Of a DNA stretch of 64,000 bases, positions 1-14,617 are shown one piece after another; the first letter of the stretch is position 1, and each line of letters opens with the position of its first letter. The stretch lies in NCBI RefSeq assembly GCF_002113885.1, contig NW_018405583.1, positions 384,781-448,780 on the forward strand. The letters run 5' to 3'. The translations under genes and the position numbers were made by a program. This DNA comes from Mizuhopecten yessoensis. Taxonomy: Eukaryota. The notes beneath the pieces are model-generated. The model searched no databases. It saw only the letters and a list, made by a program, of their open reading frames with translations, and was not told the DNA's origin.

Positions 1-180
1 TACTCTACCTGGTATAATATCGGATAATTATTGGTAAACATGTATACTCTACCTGGTATAATATCGGATAATTATTGGTAAACATGTATACTCTACCTGG
101 TATAATATCGGATAATTATTGGTAAACATGTGTACTCTACCTGGTATAAAATCGGATAATTATTGGTAAACATGTATACT
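1..180. repeat. 44-bp minisatellite (TACTCTACCTGGTATAATATCGGATAATTATTGGTAAACATGTA)n
   Basis: About 4 units; the same array occurs at 3603-3782 and 31742-32049. Confidence 0.95.
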
Positions 181-827
181 CCATAACATTTCTTACATAT
201 GGATCGGGGCCATAAGTAAATATATAAGATGACCAAGTGTTCCTACATGCTCATTGGTTGGACCCTAATTACATTGTGGTGGGTGATTTGGTCTTTATGA
301 CGTCCTCTTCTATTGAAATATCACAAAACTATGTGCCAAATCTTGGGTTCTTTCTTTTTGTCAATTATCAAAACAGCAGCAGCACATCATACACAATAAC
401 TACATACTTTAATTGCTGAATATCACGTGATTTGGGCATGGAATTTTAAATTTTAAAAGATAACAAGTTTTATAATACTTTTACGGGTTACTAACGAGTT
501 GTGATTATATCTGGAATTACTTTGTAAAATATGCTATAATATACCTTATGCATTACCAGAAGAGGAATTAAACTAATCGACGCATTGATTTTCAGCCAAG
601 TGTGACATAGGAGGCAACTCTAATATTAATCAATTCGCAAATCAAATCATGACTAATAAACTCTCACCGGATGGTTTTCCACAATTTAGAGGATGTCAAG
701 CCTTCATTAAGATATTACCTTTGCAAAGTCCATAAAAGGATTTACAACATTTTAACCAATGAAATATCGGAAATTATTCTTTAAAGAATGACTTAAATCC
801 ATTGAATATGTAAATAAGTGTACTTAC

Positions 828-2367
828 CACGTGTAGGAAATTCAAACTGTACGTTAATTTCAATATAACGGACTTCATTCTGTCCTCTGTCGTCCGTCTC
901 AAAATTTCGACCAATCACCTAATCATACAAAAGTACTAGTTTGAATACGGTATACCGGGAAAATTTCGCCGCAGTGTAACTGTCGCCCTTTTCGCCCTCC
1001 GTAATAAGGGAGAATCTGTCACGACATTGAAAATAAATACACAACCTAATACACATAGTAAAAACATATAAAGGGCGAAATTAATACTGAGCGAAAACCG
1101 TTTTACCAGTGAAAGGCGAAAAATTGACTGGGCGAATAAATTTCACGTGAGTAATCATTTATGCATAGCAAGAGACATGTAGGCCGAGAGTAAAACATGC
1201 ATCATTGTCATTGCGAGAAAAAAGTAAGATATGCAAGCTCGAGAAATGAAACGTGCGCTAATCATAAGAAAACTAGAATTGATTTTTACCGAAACATTTA
1301 TAATATATCCTACCATTTTGAAGAATCCGCTGTCTTCTCCATAGATATGTTGTAAAACGGAGACCAATATGTGATGGTCGTATAGACGAACGTCCACGTT
1401 TTTGACCCCAACGATTGAGTCACCAGTCCTAAAAACGACAACAAGAGTTAACCGAAATGTCAACAATACCGTCATAAGAAAGTTCATATGACGATCGGGA
1501 TTAAAACCTGGACCCGTATTCGTGAACCGCTCTCATGTGTAAGCGTGATTCTGTGTTCAAAGCAACTTTCCTGTTGCTCGCTAAAGTGATGTTACCAAAT
1601 TAAAAAATAACTGTAAAGTAGAAAAACGATATCAGGCTTCACGATTCTCCTAAAGACTTTCATAAATACGGTAAGGTGCTCCGAAAGCGTACTATTCCCT
1701 GTAGCGCCATTCTCGATATTCAGGGGGTTACGCTCACTTTCGCTCTCTGCACCCCTGGGATATGACAGCAAAATTGAAGGCTCAGTGTGCGCCACTTTAT
1801 TGATGAGACAAGAAGACTAGTTTGATCCTTTGATATACATCAAAAGAATCGTGCGGTCACGTAACGGTAAACATTGACAGGCTTTGAAGTCGGGCGTTTC
1901 TCCTTTGTAGTCTTTAAAGGACAGGCATCAGTCTAGCGACTGGTGAGTTTTTTTACCCGAGACCAATCATACAGCTATTTTCGTGCCTTCAATTTTGCTA
2001 TGACATGTTCCAAGGGTGCAGAGAGCGAAAGTGAGCGTAACCCCTGGATAACGTGGATGCTGTAACGCATTTTCTTTTGCAATAAAAGCCGAATAACATA
2101 GTGATAGTCTAGGGTTTGTAATTGGAGTCAGTCAGTAGGCCACACGAAATGTTATTATTATTCCTTTCTGAATCAGTACAATACCATATTGGAAAGGTTG
2201 AATACTTACTGAAGACTCATGTGCTGCACGTGGCTGTTATCATTGTCGTTTACACAAATCGTGTGACCAGATAATCGTGATGACGTCAGAGAAAACCCAG
2301 CATTTTCTTTGTGTGATCTAGTTAGTTGAAACTCGATATGAGTTTGACGTTCTTTGAAGTCGTCATT
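828..2367 (-). CDS. Near-identical repeat of three type-2 PDZ exons (2367-2210, 1428-1314, 918-828); probably redundant assembly
   Basis: Bases 1-2652 equal 3603-6254 (offset 3602) apart from isolated SNPs (e.g. 402, 1533). The block starts and ends in minisatellites and is separated from its twin by an N gap. Confidence 0.5.
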
Positions 2368-2476
2368 CTAGAAAAACAGAATTCTTTTAAAATAAGACTG
2401 ACATTTATTTTATTTAGTTCGACATGATGTCCACTACATCACGGTACGTTTGCACTATCAATGCTTATATGCTTGA

Positions 2477-2652
2477 ATATTTTCTGTTTAGTTCTACATG
2501 ACGTTAAATATTGGTAGATATTTTCTGTTTAGTTCTACATGACGTTAAATATTGGTAGATATTTTCTGTTTAGTTCTACATGACGTTAAATATTGGTAGA
2601 TATTTTCTGTTTAGTTCTACATGACGTTAAATATTGGTAGATATTTTCTGTT
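2477..2652. repeat. 41-bp minisatellite running into the N gap
   Basis: Unit TATTGGTAGATATTTTCTGTTTAGTTCTACATGACGTTAAA. Confidence 0.95.
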
Positions 2653-3602
2653 NNNNNNNNNNNNNNNNNNNNNNNNNNNNNNNNNNNNNNNNNNNNNNNN
2701 NNNNNNNNNNNNNNNNNNNNNNNNNNNNNNNNNNNNNNNNNNNNNNNNNNNNNNNNNNNNNNNNNNNNNNNNNNNNNNNNNNNNNNNNNNNNNNNNNNNN
2801 NNNNNNNNNNNNNNNNNNNNNNNNNNNNNNNNNNNNNNNNNNNNNNNNNNNNNNNNNNNNNNNNNNNNNNNNNNNNNNNNNNNNNNNNNNNNNNNNNNNN
2901 NNNNNNNNNNNNNNNNNNNNNNNNNNNNNNNNNNNNNNNNNNNNNNNNNNNNNNNNNNNNNNNNNNNNNNNNNNNNNNNNNNNNNNNNNNNNNNNNNNNN
3001 NNNNNNNNNNNNNNNNNNNNNNNNNNNNNNNNNNNNNNNNNNNNNNNNNNNNNNNNNNNNNNNNNNNNNNNNNNNNNNNNNNNNNNNNNNNNNNNNNNNN
3101 NNNNNNNNNNNNNNNNNNNNNNNNNNNNNNNNNNNNNNNNNNNNNNNNNNNNNNNNNNNNNNNNNNNNNNNNNNNNNNNNNNNNNNNNNNNNNNNNNNNN
3201 NNNNNNNNNNNNNNNNNNNNNNNNNNNNNNNNNNNNNNNNNNNNNNNNNNNNNNNNNNNNNNNNNNNNNNNNNNNNNNNNNNNNNNNNNNNNNNNNNNNN
3301 NNNNNNNNNNNNNNNNNNNNNNNNNNNNNNNNNNNNNNNNNNNNNNNNNNNNNNNNNNNNNNNNNNNNNNNNNNNNNNNNNNNNNNNNNNNNNNNNNNNN
3401 NNNNNNNNNNNNNNNNNNNNNNNNNNNNNNNNNNNNNNNNNNNNNNNNNNNNNNNNNNNNNNNNNNNNNNNNNNNNNNNNNNNNNNNNNNNNNNNNNNNN
3501 NNNNNNNNNNNNNNNNNNNNNNNNNNNNNNNNNNNNNNNNNNNNNNNNNNNNNNNNNNNNNNNNNNNNNNNNNNNNNNNNNNNNNNNNNNNNNNNNNNNN
3601 NN

Positions 3603-3782
3603 TACTCTACCTGGTATAATATCGGATAATTATTGGTAAACATGTATACTCTACCTGGTATAATATCGGATAATTATTGGTAAACATGTATACTCTACCT
3701 GGTATAATATCGGATAATTATTGGTAAACATGTGTACTCTACCTGGTATAAAATCGGATAATTATTGGTAAACATGTATACT
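3603..3782. repeat. 44-bp minisatellite
   Basis: Same unit as 1-180; borders the N gap. Confidence 0.95.
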
Positions 3783-4429
3783 CCATAACATTTCTTACAT
3801 ATGGATCGGGGCCATAAGTAAATATATAAGATGACCAAGTGTTCCTACATGCTCATTGGTTGGACCCTAATTACATTGTGGTGGGTGATTTGGTCTTTAT
3901 GACGTCCTCTTCTATTGAAATATCACAAAACTATGTGCCAAATCTTGGGTTCTTTCTTTTTGTCAATTATCAAAACAGCAGCAGCACATCATACACAATA
4001 ACTGCATACTTTAATTGCTGAATATCACGTGATTTGGGCATGGAATTTTAAATTTTAAAAGATAACAAGTTTTATAATACTTTTACGGGTTACTAACGAG
4101 TTGTGATTATATCTGGAATTACTTTGTAAAATATGCTATAATATACCTTATGCATTACCAGAAGAGGAATTAAACTAATCGACGCATTGATTTTCAGCCA
4201 AGTGTGACATAGGAGGCAACTCTAATATTAATCAATTCGCAAATCAAATCATGACTAATAAACTCTCACCGGATGGTTTTCCACAATTTAGAGGATGTCA
4301 AGCCTTCATTAAGATATTACCTTTGCAAAGTCCATAAAAGGATTTACAACATTTTAACCAATGAAATATCGGAAATTATTCTTTAAAGAATGACTTAAAT
4401 CCATTGAATATGTAAATAAGTGTACTTAC

Positions 4430-7400
4430 CACGTGTAGGAAATTCAAACTGTACGTTAATTTCAATATAACGGACTTCATTCTGTCCTCTGTCGTCCGTC
4501 TCAAAATTTCGACCAATCACCTAATCATACAAAAGTACTAGTTTGAATACGGTATACCGGGAAAATTTCGCCGCAGTGTAACTGTCGCCCTTTTCGCCCT
4601 CCGTAATAAGGGAGAATCTGTCACGACATTGAAAATAAATACACAACCTAATACACATAGTAAAAACATATAAAGGGCGAAATTAATACTGAGCGAAAAC
4701 CGTTTTACCAGTGAAAGGCGAAAAATTGACTGGGCGAATAAATTTCACGTGAGTAATCATTTATGCATAGCAAGAGACATGTAGGCCGAGAGTAAAACAT
4801 GCATCATTGTCATTGCGAGAAAAAAGTAAGATATGCAAGCTCGAGAAATGAAACGTGCGCTAATCATAAGAAAACTAGAATTGATTTTTACCGAAACATT
4901 TATAATATATCCTACCATTTTGAAGAATCCGCTGTCTTCTCCATAGATATGTTGTAAAACGGAGACCAATATGTGATGGTCGTATAGACGAACGTCCACG
5001 TTTTTGACCCCAACGATTGAGTCACCAGTCCTAAAAACGACAACAAGAGTTAACCGAAATGTCAACAATACCGTCATAAGAAAGTTCATATGACGATCGG
5101 GATTAAAACCTGGACCCGTATTCGTGAACCGCTCACATGTGTAAGCGTGATTCTGTGTTCAAAGCAACTTTCCTGTTGCTCGCTAAAGTGATGTTACCAA
5201 ATTAAAAAATAACTGTAAAGTAGAAAAACGATATCAGGCTTCACGATTCTCCTAAAGACTTTCATAAATACGGTAAGGTGCTCCGAAAGCGTACTATTCC
5301 CTGTAGCGCCATTCTCGATATTCAGGGGGTTACGCTCACTTTCGCTCTCTGCACCCCTGGGATATGACAGCAAAATTGAAGGCTCAGTGTGCGCCACTTT
5401 ATTGATGAGACAAGAAGACTAGTTTGATCCTTTGATATACATCAAAAGAATCGTGCGGTCACGTAACGGTAAACATTGACAGGCTTTGAAGTCGGGCGTT
5501 TCTCCTTTGTAGTCTTTAAAGGACAGGCATCAGTCTAGCGACTGGTGAGTTTTTTTACCCGAGACCAATCATACAGCTATTTTCGTGCCTTCAATTTTGC
5601 TATGACATGTTCCAAGGGTGCAGAGAGCGAAAGTGAGCGTAACCCCTGGATAACGTGGATGCTGTAACGCATTTTCTTTTGCAATAAAAGCCGAATAACA
5701 TAGTGATAGTCTAGGGTTTGTAATTGGAGTCAGTCAGTAGGCCACACGAAATGTTATTATTATTCCTTTCTGAATCAGTACAATACCATATTGGAAAGGT
5801 TGAATACTTACTGAAGACTCATGTGCTGCACGTGGCTGTTATCATTGTCGTTTACACAAATCGTGTGACCAGATAATCGTGATGACGTCAGAGAAAACCC
5901 AGCATTTTCTTTGTGTGATCTAGTTAGTTGAAACTCGATATGAGTTTGACGTTCTTTGAAGTCGTCATTCTAGAAAAACAGAATTCTTTTAAAATAAGAC
6001 TGACATTTATTTTATTTAGTTCGACATGATGTCCACTACATCACGGTACGTTTGCACTATCAATGCTTATATGCTTGAATATTTTCTGTTTAGTTCTACA
6101 TGACGTTAAATATTGGTAGATATTTTCTGTTTAGTTCTACATGACGTTAAATATTGGTAGATATTTTCTGTTTAGTCCTACATGACGTTAAATATTGGTA
6201 GATATTTTCTGTTTAGTTCTACATGACGTTAAATATTGGTAGATATTTTCTGTTTAGTTCTACATGACGTTAAATATTGGTAGATATTTTCTGTTTAGTT
6301 CTACATGACGTTAAATATTGGTAGATATTTTCTGTTTAGTTCTACATGACGTTAAATATTGGTAGATATTTTCTGTTTAGTTCTACATGACGTTAAATAT
6401 TGGTAGATATTTTCTGTTTAGTTCTACATGACGTTAAATATTGGTAGATATTTTCTGTTTAGTTCTACATGACGTTAAATATTGGTAGATATTTTCCGTT
6501 TAGTCTTACATGACGTTAAATATTGGTAGATATTTTCTGTTTAGTTCTACATGACGTTAAATATTGGTAGATATTTTCTGTTTAGTCCTACATGACGTTT
6601 AATATTGGTAGATATTTTCTGTTTAGTTCTACATGACGTTAAATATTGGTAGATATTTTCTGTTTAGTCTTACATGACTTTTAATATTGGTAGATATTTT
6701 CTGTTCAGTCCTACATGACGTTAAATACACTGTATTGGTAGATATTTTCTGTTTAGTCCCACATTACGTTAGATATTGGTGGATATTTTCTGTTTAGTAT
6801 TACATGACGTTTAATATATGTAGCTAATTAGATACTACTACTTTATTCTACCTTTGATAATTACTAATTAACCTGTTATATACCTATTGAATGAAATTGG
6901 CTCTGGGCAGCTTAGATGGGGTTTCTTTTTTGTTAGCTTACATCATGATATTAAATAACACCTTTCAGTTTAAATAAAGAATTATCATATTATTTGCAGG
7001 AGTTGGTGTAACCCTCCTGACAAATTATATATCTATTTGCTGAAATTGGCTTTTGATTCTCAACAGTGTATGGCTAGTGTGTTATACATATGGACTGTAC
7101 GGCCTGTATCTATTAATTGAATAAATCCAATATCACCAAATATTTATACAGATTACTTTATATGAATACCAGTAACGCATTGTCTAATACATTATTCACT
7201 GGAGATAATAGTCTAGTAAATATCTCAAATTAAATATCCCTAGTGAAAGGGTTACTATCTCAGGAATATTGAACAGGTCTGTTTACATCAAGGAGTTACT
7301 TCCCCTTATCCCAATCATCGTATCAATGCATAAATATATGTCTGTGTTACTTACCATCTGATGTCCCCTCAAGGAGAGGACTTAGGCAGGCTATGCCTGA

Positions 7401-9704
7401 TGTCTGATCCTATTGACTATTGCTTAAATTGTCAATAGGAAATTGTTGAAATTGAAATATATTTACACATAAGTGGTATTATATAATTAATAAAACAGAT
7501 TTTGCACAAATGATGACACTTGGAATAAGTAGTTTCTTTAATTTCAGGTTGATGTTGCTAATTTACAACACTACCTAAAAGATATATTGTAAAATATTAT
7601 AGTCCTGTAAGTATACCTGGGGTTTAATAGGCTATAAAAATTGTCATTACCACATTCTCAGGCGATCCACATTCACAATCATTGATTTCATTTTCAGAAG
7701 TATCATTGCTTGTATCGATGTGGCAATTCCCAGACTCACGTGCTACTGGGACGTGTGTAGGACTGCTTGTATGCTCCTACAAAACGACAATGGAATTTCA
7801 AAGTAAATAGATATGCAGATTGTTTGATTTTTAAACAAGAAAACGGAAATATTTCAATAACCGGACGTGTAACTTTCTAAACACAAAATGAGAAAGCAAA
7901 CATAATGAATCCAGTTAAGAGAATTGGTCGAACCTTTGTTGATTTCGTTGCGTTAGTAAATATATCAAGTAATAAAAATACAATTTGAATTTGCAAAAGG
8001 GCAAATCTAGAGCCGCCGCGGTAAAGTTTCCACATCCTGTATGTATGCCTAATGATATATAAAACGACCAGTACCTTGTCTCCGGTTGGTACACTTCCAC
8101 GAGCATCGGATAGGTTGGCATAATTATCAGAGTTTGTGTCAGGGTTGTTATAGTCAGAGTCGGCACGCGGCATCTCATGTTCTACTGGACCGCTTGTAGG
8201 CCTACGCGTCGTACCCTAGACAAAAAAAAAATGTTATCACGAAAAATCTCAGAATTCGTTATATTATATAAATACTACATTTATTTGTATATGACAGTGC
8301 CTAGGATCAGCCCGAGGATATCACTGTCACCCTCGGTTTCGACGCCGGTGACAGTGATACCCAAGTGGTGACTCTAAGCACTGTCACACTCTTATGAATG
8401 TAAAAGATATTTTATTATACTGGAAGTCAATATGGCAGCTGAAACAAACCGTACGCACATCTTCTTTGCGCGCGATTACTACTTTGCACAGTCACATATG
8501 CTGTCACTCGTTGGTAGGGCGTTGGAAAGCAACCTTCCATTGACCCAATTTCAAAGTGAATGTAACAGTGTGAAATGAACAATTTGTCTCTACCTATCAG
8601 ATTACAAGGTTTAGCTAGAGATATAATTATTTGAAATGTCAATTTCAGAATTTTAATGTTGCTTTGAGACAATAGAGAGACAATACTTCACAATATCGGT
8701 ATTAACAGCGCATACACACCAGACTTATATACACTGTTATCTAAGCACAAATGGAACGAAATAAATTTTGCATATATAATGTTTCATATATTTAACGCAC
8801 GACGAATATATGTGCGTATAGGTTGACAATAAAAAGGGCGACATACCGTTGACGTAAAGTCGGATTCGTTCACAGACAATGTTGAGATCCTGCTTATGAC
8901 ATTGTCAGAGCTGAAGTCAGGCTCTGTTGTAGGCGAATAGTTAGGCACAGCAAACCCGAAAAACTGAAGGAAAAGTGGTCTTTGTCAACGTCATTTACGC
9001 CGTTGTTGTACTTCTTTAATCATCTGACTACGGAATTATGCTTGCCAACAGTGCGTTTCAAACTTTGATCAAATAGGTTAAAATTATGTTTACAGAATGT
9101 CTTAACAATAACAAAACAAACGTAGTGTAAAGGTTATCAAAAGGGCAAAGCACCATTCCATTTTTTATTTTTCCGACTCGTTAAGATTTATGACAAGGTT
9201 TTTGCCTCCATGGCAGCTGATTAAGTGACATTACTTGTGTTTGGTGAAACAGCTTTGGTATTTGTACTTTATTGTGTGAAGTAATTTCATTCAGTAAATA
9301 GTAGCTGCGTTAAATTTTAATGAGCTATAATAACTTAAAAAGTAGAAAAAAAATACGGAATTGACTGGAATATATCATTTACCACTTGGTGTATAATATA
9401 GAGATAACTTAAATAAATTTAATGCAATGACGAAATACAGAAATAGAAAACACTTTAGGAAGAAAATATATAACGAAATTAATGCAAAATCAAAAAAATA
9501 AGTCAAACGTTTTCGTCCCTATTCACTAATTCATATAGTGTTATCTTTATCTGGAAGCATTGTTGAATACATTTAATTACCAATGCTTTTGTGTGTATTT
9601 TTATTCTTTATGTAACATAATGCACTGTTTCTAGAATCATTAAACTCACTCAAGATACTAAAGAAACATACCTCATCGGAAAATATCTCGACATCTGCCA
9701 TCAT
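4430..9704 (-). CDS. PDZ + IL-1-like protein, type 2 copy A (5' partial: N-terminal and PDZ exons only; trefoil exons absent from the window)
   Basis: Exons (minus): 9704-9672 (MMADVEIFSDE), 8963-8847, 8215-8075, 7776-7651, 5969-5812 (..ENAGFSL..), 5030-4916 (TGDSIVGVKNVDVRLYDHHILVSVL..), 4520-4430 (VIGRNFETDD..). Colinear with copy B and open. In copy B the next exon follows the 44-bp minisatellite, which here abuts the gap and the window start. Confidence 0.8.
6079..6815. repeat. 41-bp minisatellite (about 18 units) in a type-2A intron
   Basis: Tandem units of TATTGGTAGATATTTTCTGTTTAGTTCTACATGACGTTAAA, degenerating towards 6815. Confidence 0.95.
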
Positions 9705-12299
9705 TGATGTTTCAGGATTCTAAGCCGTTGTGCCCAATCCTACCTGAAATAAATTTATTAAGAAACTATTCTGGATAAAGTCATGAGAAAATAAGAAAAT
9801 TCCGAAGTTTATACAATTGAACTCAAAATTGATGAAACCAGGGTCCATTGTGTAAAATATGAAAAAAGGACAAATTTTAAGACGGGTGTTCCGGAAGGGT
9901 AAGCGTCTTCTGTTTCATCTATGACACCAATCATACCAATCTGGTCCATATCTACACAATGTAACGTTCCACAAGGTGACACCCGGGTGATAAACTCTGT
10001 AAGCTTTGTAATCTTATATTATTTTGAATTTGTCTAAAGACCCTATTCATTTATAAACCATGAACTTCAACAGAGCGAGATTCAATATCTTAATTTCCGT
10101 TGAAACCTTAATGTACTAGTCAGTAGTAAATATATTAAAAACTTCAGGAAGATATCTATTAATAATAGCACATATAAGTGATAGTGACGAAATTACCTAC
10201 AGTGGTTTATATCCAGTTGCTAAACAAAACGTACATGTAATCGTATCCAAAACCTTATGTAGAATATCAGCAAATCACTAAGCCTTTCTCACATTCAGTA
10301 GATTTCCGTTCCGTAAACAACATTTTCTGGACGTTCAGAACAATTTCCTGTTGTTTTATACTATCACTTAACGACATGTTGGGGTCCTAAGATTAAGTAA
10401 CTATTGCCTGAGAAGGTATTGCTCAAATGATATACACGTCAAAGTTGAATTAGATAAGGAAAATTGTAATTTTGATAAATTATTAATTCTTAATGTTATC
10501 AGGTTTTGTTTTTTTTCAATTTTAATCGCTCTTCCTGACGTTATTTCCGTTGCGATAGTTAATATACAGCGCTCCATTTAAATAGAAAACACGTTTTCTT
10601 AAGTACGTCCTGTCAAAGTAAGGTTGGTACTCTAATATATGAATGAAATGTAGATCAGATGTGCTTTTACCTTAAGGGCTAAATACGAGGGCGTGTATAT
10701 AGGTGTTTTTACGGTATTTTACAATAAAGTTGTCAGGAAGATTATATAGAATGAGACATACTACAATCCATCAGGTTTAAGTTTAGTTAATAAGGAAGTA
10801 CCAACGCTTCCTTGTGTTATCACCCATTTAAGACGTTATCCATAGATAAACTTTAAAATGAATTTGTCTTGTCATGCGTGACAGTACGGGCTTATATGAC
10901 CTCAATGATCATACATACCTTCTTACTGTTCATTTCTGGTTTATTTCCGTGTAGGAAACTATGTGTCTATAGTGCAATTTCATTTGAATATTGACAAAAT
11001 TGACCTGTTACGTATATACTTAAAAGTAGGGCTCAGAAAATAAAGCTATTGGATAAATAATAATACATCTTAGAGAACTGCCTGCTTTACCTAAATTTCA
11101 GTTTAAGTTCATTTTTATCAATTTTATAACATACTACTCGTCCATACAGGACATAGGTGATATATGTCATCATACTTTAATGAATTTTACACAAGTGTTA
11201 TGTCACTTCCTATTATTCAGACGTTTCGCACAGGTTTAGACTTGGCGGTGCATTGTACGGTAACATTGGTCAAGGAGAGTGGTAACATCCCTATTACAGA
11301 TAGGATATTATGCACACTAGATTTGCTAAATCTTATCTCGAAGATATATTTTGATCACATAATGTATTGTTATCCAGTGAGTATACCAATGTCATATTTT
11401 ATGCGAATTAACCCATGCAATATGACCTATCAGCCCTGTGATTGGTTGTAAGTTTCAGTTATTTCAATTGTGACATCACGCCTAGGACAAGTATATGGCA
11501 TCACAGATTTACGCACTGGAGTCAAAATGGCTTCTTTTTTATTTCAAGGTTGCATGAAAATCGTCGTTTTACACGAATTAATGCCACAAATTTTGATTAT
11601 TTAATAATAAGGATCTTACGCTCGTTTTCATTTCATATGAAATTTATAAATCTCGTCACGAATTTTCATTTTAGCTCGCCTCAATTGAAAAACATTCTAA
11701 GACTAGTTTCATAATCACATATGAAATGGAAACTCATGTAATATCCTATATATATTACACGCATATATGTGCGTATAGGAATGTGTGCACTTTCTCTTTT
11801 ACGACTATTATCGATCAATGCACCGCTAAGGAAAACCCTATATGATACATATATAGTGCACCAAGTAAACCCGAATCCGTCCTTATCAAATGACCTTACC
11901 ACTCAGTGTTTTTTTTGGAGATTCTATTAACAGTTATGGGGGTACTTTGAATCTCTGTGTAACTTAAAAAACCCTGTTGTGACAAAACCATTTGGAACAC
12001 CAGTCATTTCATATTGTAAAATTACCATTTCATTTAAAGAACTTTAATATATATTTATATATTTACCATAATATCTCTTTTAATAATCATATCATGACTA
12101 TAGGGTTTACCTGTTCATTATTTACAATCTGGATTAACATATATTCGAAACAGATTTTAATCAAAGATCGATAAAGGACAGTTATCAAATATCTCATTTT
12201 CAAAATTTGCATTAATGTTTCAGCAACTTAATAAGAGTTTGACAAACATTTTCTTTGTTTTCCATCTTCCACAATAATTATTTGCTTTCGTTTACTCAC

Positions 12300-12420
12300 C
12301 TTATAATAACCTTTGATGTAATGGCTAATATATACTCAAGTTCTACTTCCTGTTGACGGAAAGAAGGGAATACCGGAGTGTCTTAATCTTCCGCATTTCT
12401 AATGCAAATAAAGAAGGAAC
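12300..12420 (-). promoter_or_regulatory. Putative first exon/promoter of type 2A
   Basis: Donor AG|GTGAGT at 12300, next to a motif block: ACTTCCTG (ETS), GGGAATACC (kappaB-like), ATGCAAAT (octamer). The block is kept in three copies in unit B. Confidence 0.4.
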
Positions 12421-13459
12421 TGATATTTCTCAATATCATTTATAACCATGTATTTATTGTTTAGGAAGTACACGCCTTTATCATATTCCATTATAGATGT
12501 ATTAGATGCCCTATCACTTGTAAATCTTTATTTGACACATGTCATTCATTTATTTGACGTAACAAGAATTGAATACCTTTACCAAGGCCAACCATATCAT
12601 TGGCTGTTATATTACACCAATATATATCATGTATATTGTGAATTATTTTCCTTGTCAGGAAAGCGATGCATTTTTAACAAAGAAATAACTGCATCAGAAC
12701 TTTATGGATATTCATTAAAACTTCTTTATAGTTCACTTCCGCGACGTCAAAAATACTTCCTTAAAGAAAATGTTTGTTATATGATATCTTTTATAATTAT
12801 TGAAAGAAATGCCTGTCATTTGTGGGTCTTTTTTGACAGTGTACATAACTTTCGGAAATCGATATACGGACATAGTATATATGAATACATCTCTTCAACT
12901 CTTAATTTAAATTATTTAGAAGATGTGTTAATTTTGTAAACAATCATGTTGACGGAGAAATAACAACACAACACAAACAATGCTGAAGTTATGATTAGTA
13001 ATATATTATGACTTCACAACACAAATTCACAACAGGAATGACTCCAAAATAAGCTTTGATGCCAAAATTTAAACGGCAACAAAAGTGATGTTACAATATA
13101 TTTTATAATACAAAAACATATATTTAGATAATGACATGACATGAAATGATTCTGCATTCACTTACTTATATGTTTCACCAAGGGCCTTATCTCGAAAATA
13201 TAGGTGTATCGGCAAACTTGTCAGAAGCATTAACTTTAGAACTCTAACTCTAGTGTAACTCTAGCACTTTAGAACCATTTTAAGGAGAGATATTTAAACC
13301 ATTTTATCATATATTGATTAGCATTGATTATTTTGACCCTCTTTGCATAATATTGTCTGCTGCTGATTATGTTGGTATTTCATGTAAATTATCAAATGAA
13401 AACAAATATACATGCTTGTTAACAGTTAAACATAATAATACTAGTATTAATACTAATAA

Positions 13460-13780
13460 TTTGAGGTTCTTATATACCGCTTTATCACAACCTTGTTCGT
13501 AGGTCGTCTCAAAGTGGTTCACAAATTATTATCCGTGTTTACAGGGCCTTTGCAATCAGCCAATATCTTTCTCAACTCGATGGGGAGCATACAGCCGCTG
13601 CTGCCAATTCGGCATTCACAGCTAGCATTCTACAGTTCTAGCACTGCCCAAACACGTACTCATTTACAGCTGAGTAGATTGGAAAAAAGAGGAATAAATT
13701 ATCTTGCTAAAAGATACAACGCAGTGCCATGACGTGACTCGAACCCGTAACCCTTCGGTCACGAACCCGGCGTCCTGATA
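13460..13780 (-). mobile_element. tRNA-derived SINE (CORE/Deu-like body)
   Basis: B-box reverse complement GACTCGAACCC at 13736-13746, then a body (..GGGGAGCATACAGCC..; ..TACTCATTTACAGCTGAGTAG..) resembling conserved invertebrate SINE domains. The family assignment is from memory only. Confidence 0.6.
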
Positions 13781-14617
13781 GTCCTTTTTTGTCTATTGAT
13801 TGTGAAGCGTCACTCGTTGTCGCAATTCATAACCAATTTGACCCTGTCAAATTCAGAACAATCACCCAAGATAATAACATTAATATTATACCAACATCAT
13901 ATACAGTTTTTGCAAGGAATATTTCTCATATAATCGCCCGTTATACACATTTTTCATATCGTTTGATATCAGGGAAATGTAAATGTTAGATGGGTTGTAA
14001 GTAACAAAAACGTATGATATCAGATTTATCGTTTATTTCTATATAGCAGATGAAAGTGCCTAATCCATGATTTTTTCAGTGTCGACTTCATTTAGATGTT
14101 TGTATATAACAAGCGATCAGAGAGATATTTTTAGGAAGTTGTCATTTCCTCTAAAAAGTTTGTTTTCAGATCAACAACATAACATTTTTATCATTATTGT
14201 CGAATATGAAAGCACACGTTTAACAAAAAAAAGTACATTACCCATGATAGTGAAAAAGAAAGAACTTACACAAAACACAGAATATGTACAGAATAAACAC
14301 TATTTAGTTGTTCATTTATGTTCATCAATATTTCATGCGTAATAAAATCGTAAGCTGTTATTAAAATACTGCAAACTTACATACATGTATCTTAGCGGTA
14401 ATCTTGGTTTATCGCTTTTGGCGATTTAATAATTGCGTTAAATTATTGTTGTGATAATTTACGTGTCTGTATATTGTTTCTTTATTGCATATATTGTAGG
14501 TGCGTCAATTCAATAATGACGAAACCTGCAAAAATGATATGCGCTAAAATTTGATTGCGTTAAAGAATGGAAATTTACAGTAGTTAAAATAATCAAATTT
14601 ACTCGAGACAATCTGCG

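Larger units (their letters stand above)
1..2652. repeat. 2.65-kb near-perfect direct duplication of 3603-6254
   Basis: Direct comparison of the two blocks; the ORF track shows identical ORFs offset by 3602. Confidence 0.95.

Noticed and set aside
2621-3643. Long poly-X ORFs (also 45934-46314)
   Set aside because: Artefacts of N gaps.
6079-6815. 41-bp and 44-bp arrays as possible CRISPR arrays
   Set aside because: Contiguous tandem units with no unique spacers, no cas genes, and an intronic eukaryotic context.
8460-8535. Exon-like block VAFQRPTNE* resembling the type-2 N-terminal exons
   Set aside because: In-frame stop in both copies and a weak acceptor; at most a decayed exon.
12448-12939. 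163-aa plus-strand ORF
   Set aside because: Broken by indels in the copy-B homolog (44635 onward), with no recognisable motif.
14480-14525. Alternative last exon for type 1A (GFVIIELTHLQYMQ*)
   Set aside because: Absent from copy B and too short to complete the trefoil; exon 15596-15484 fits better.
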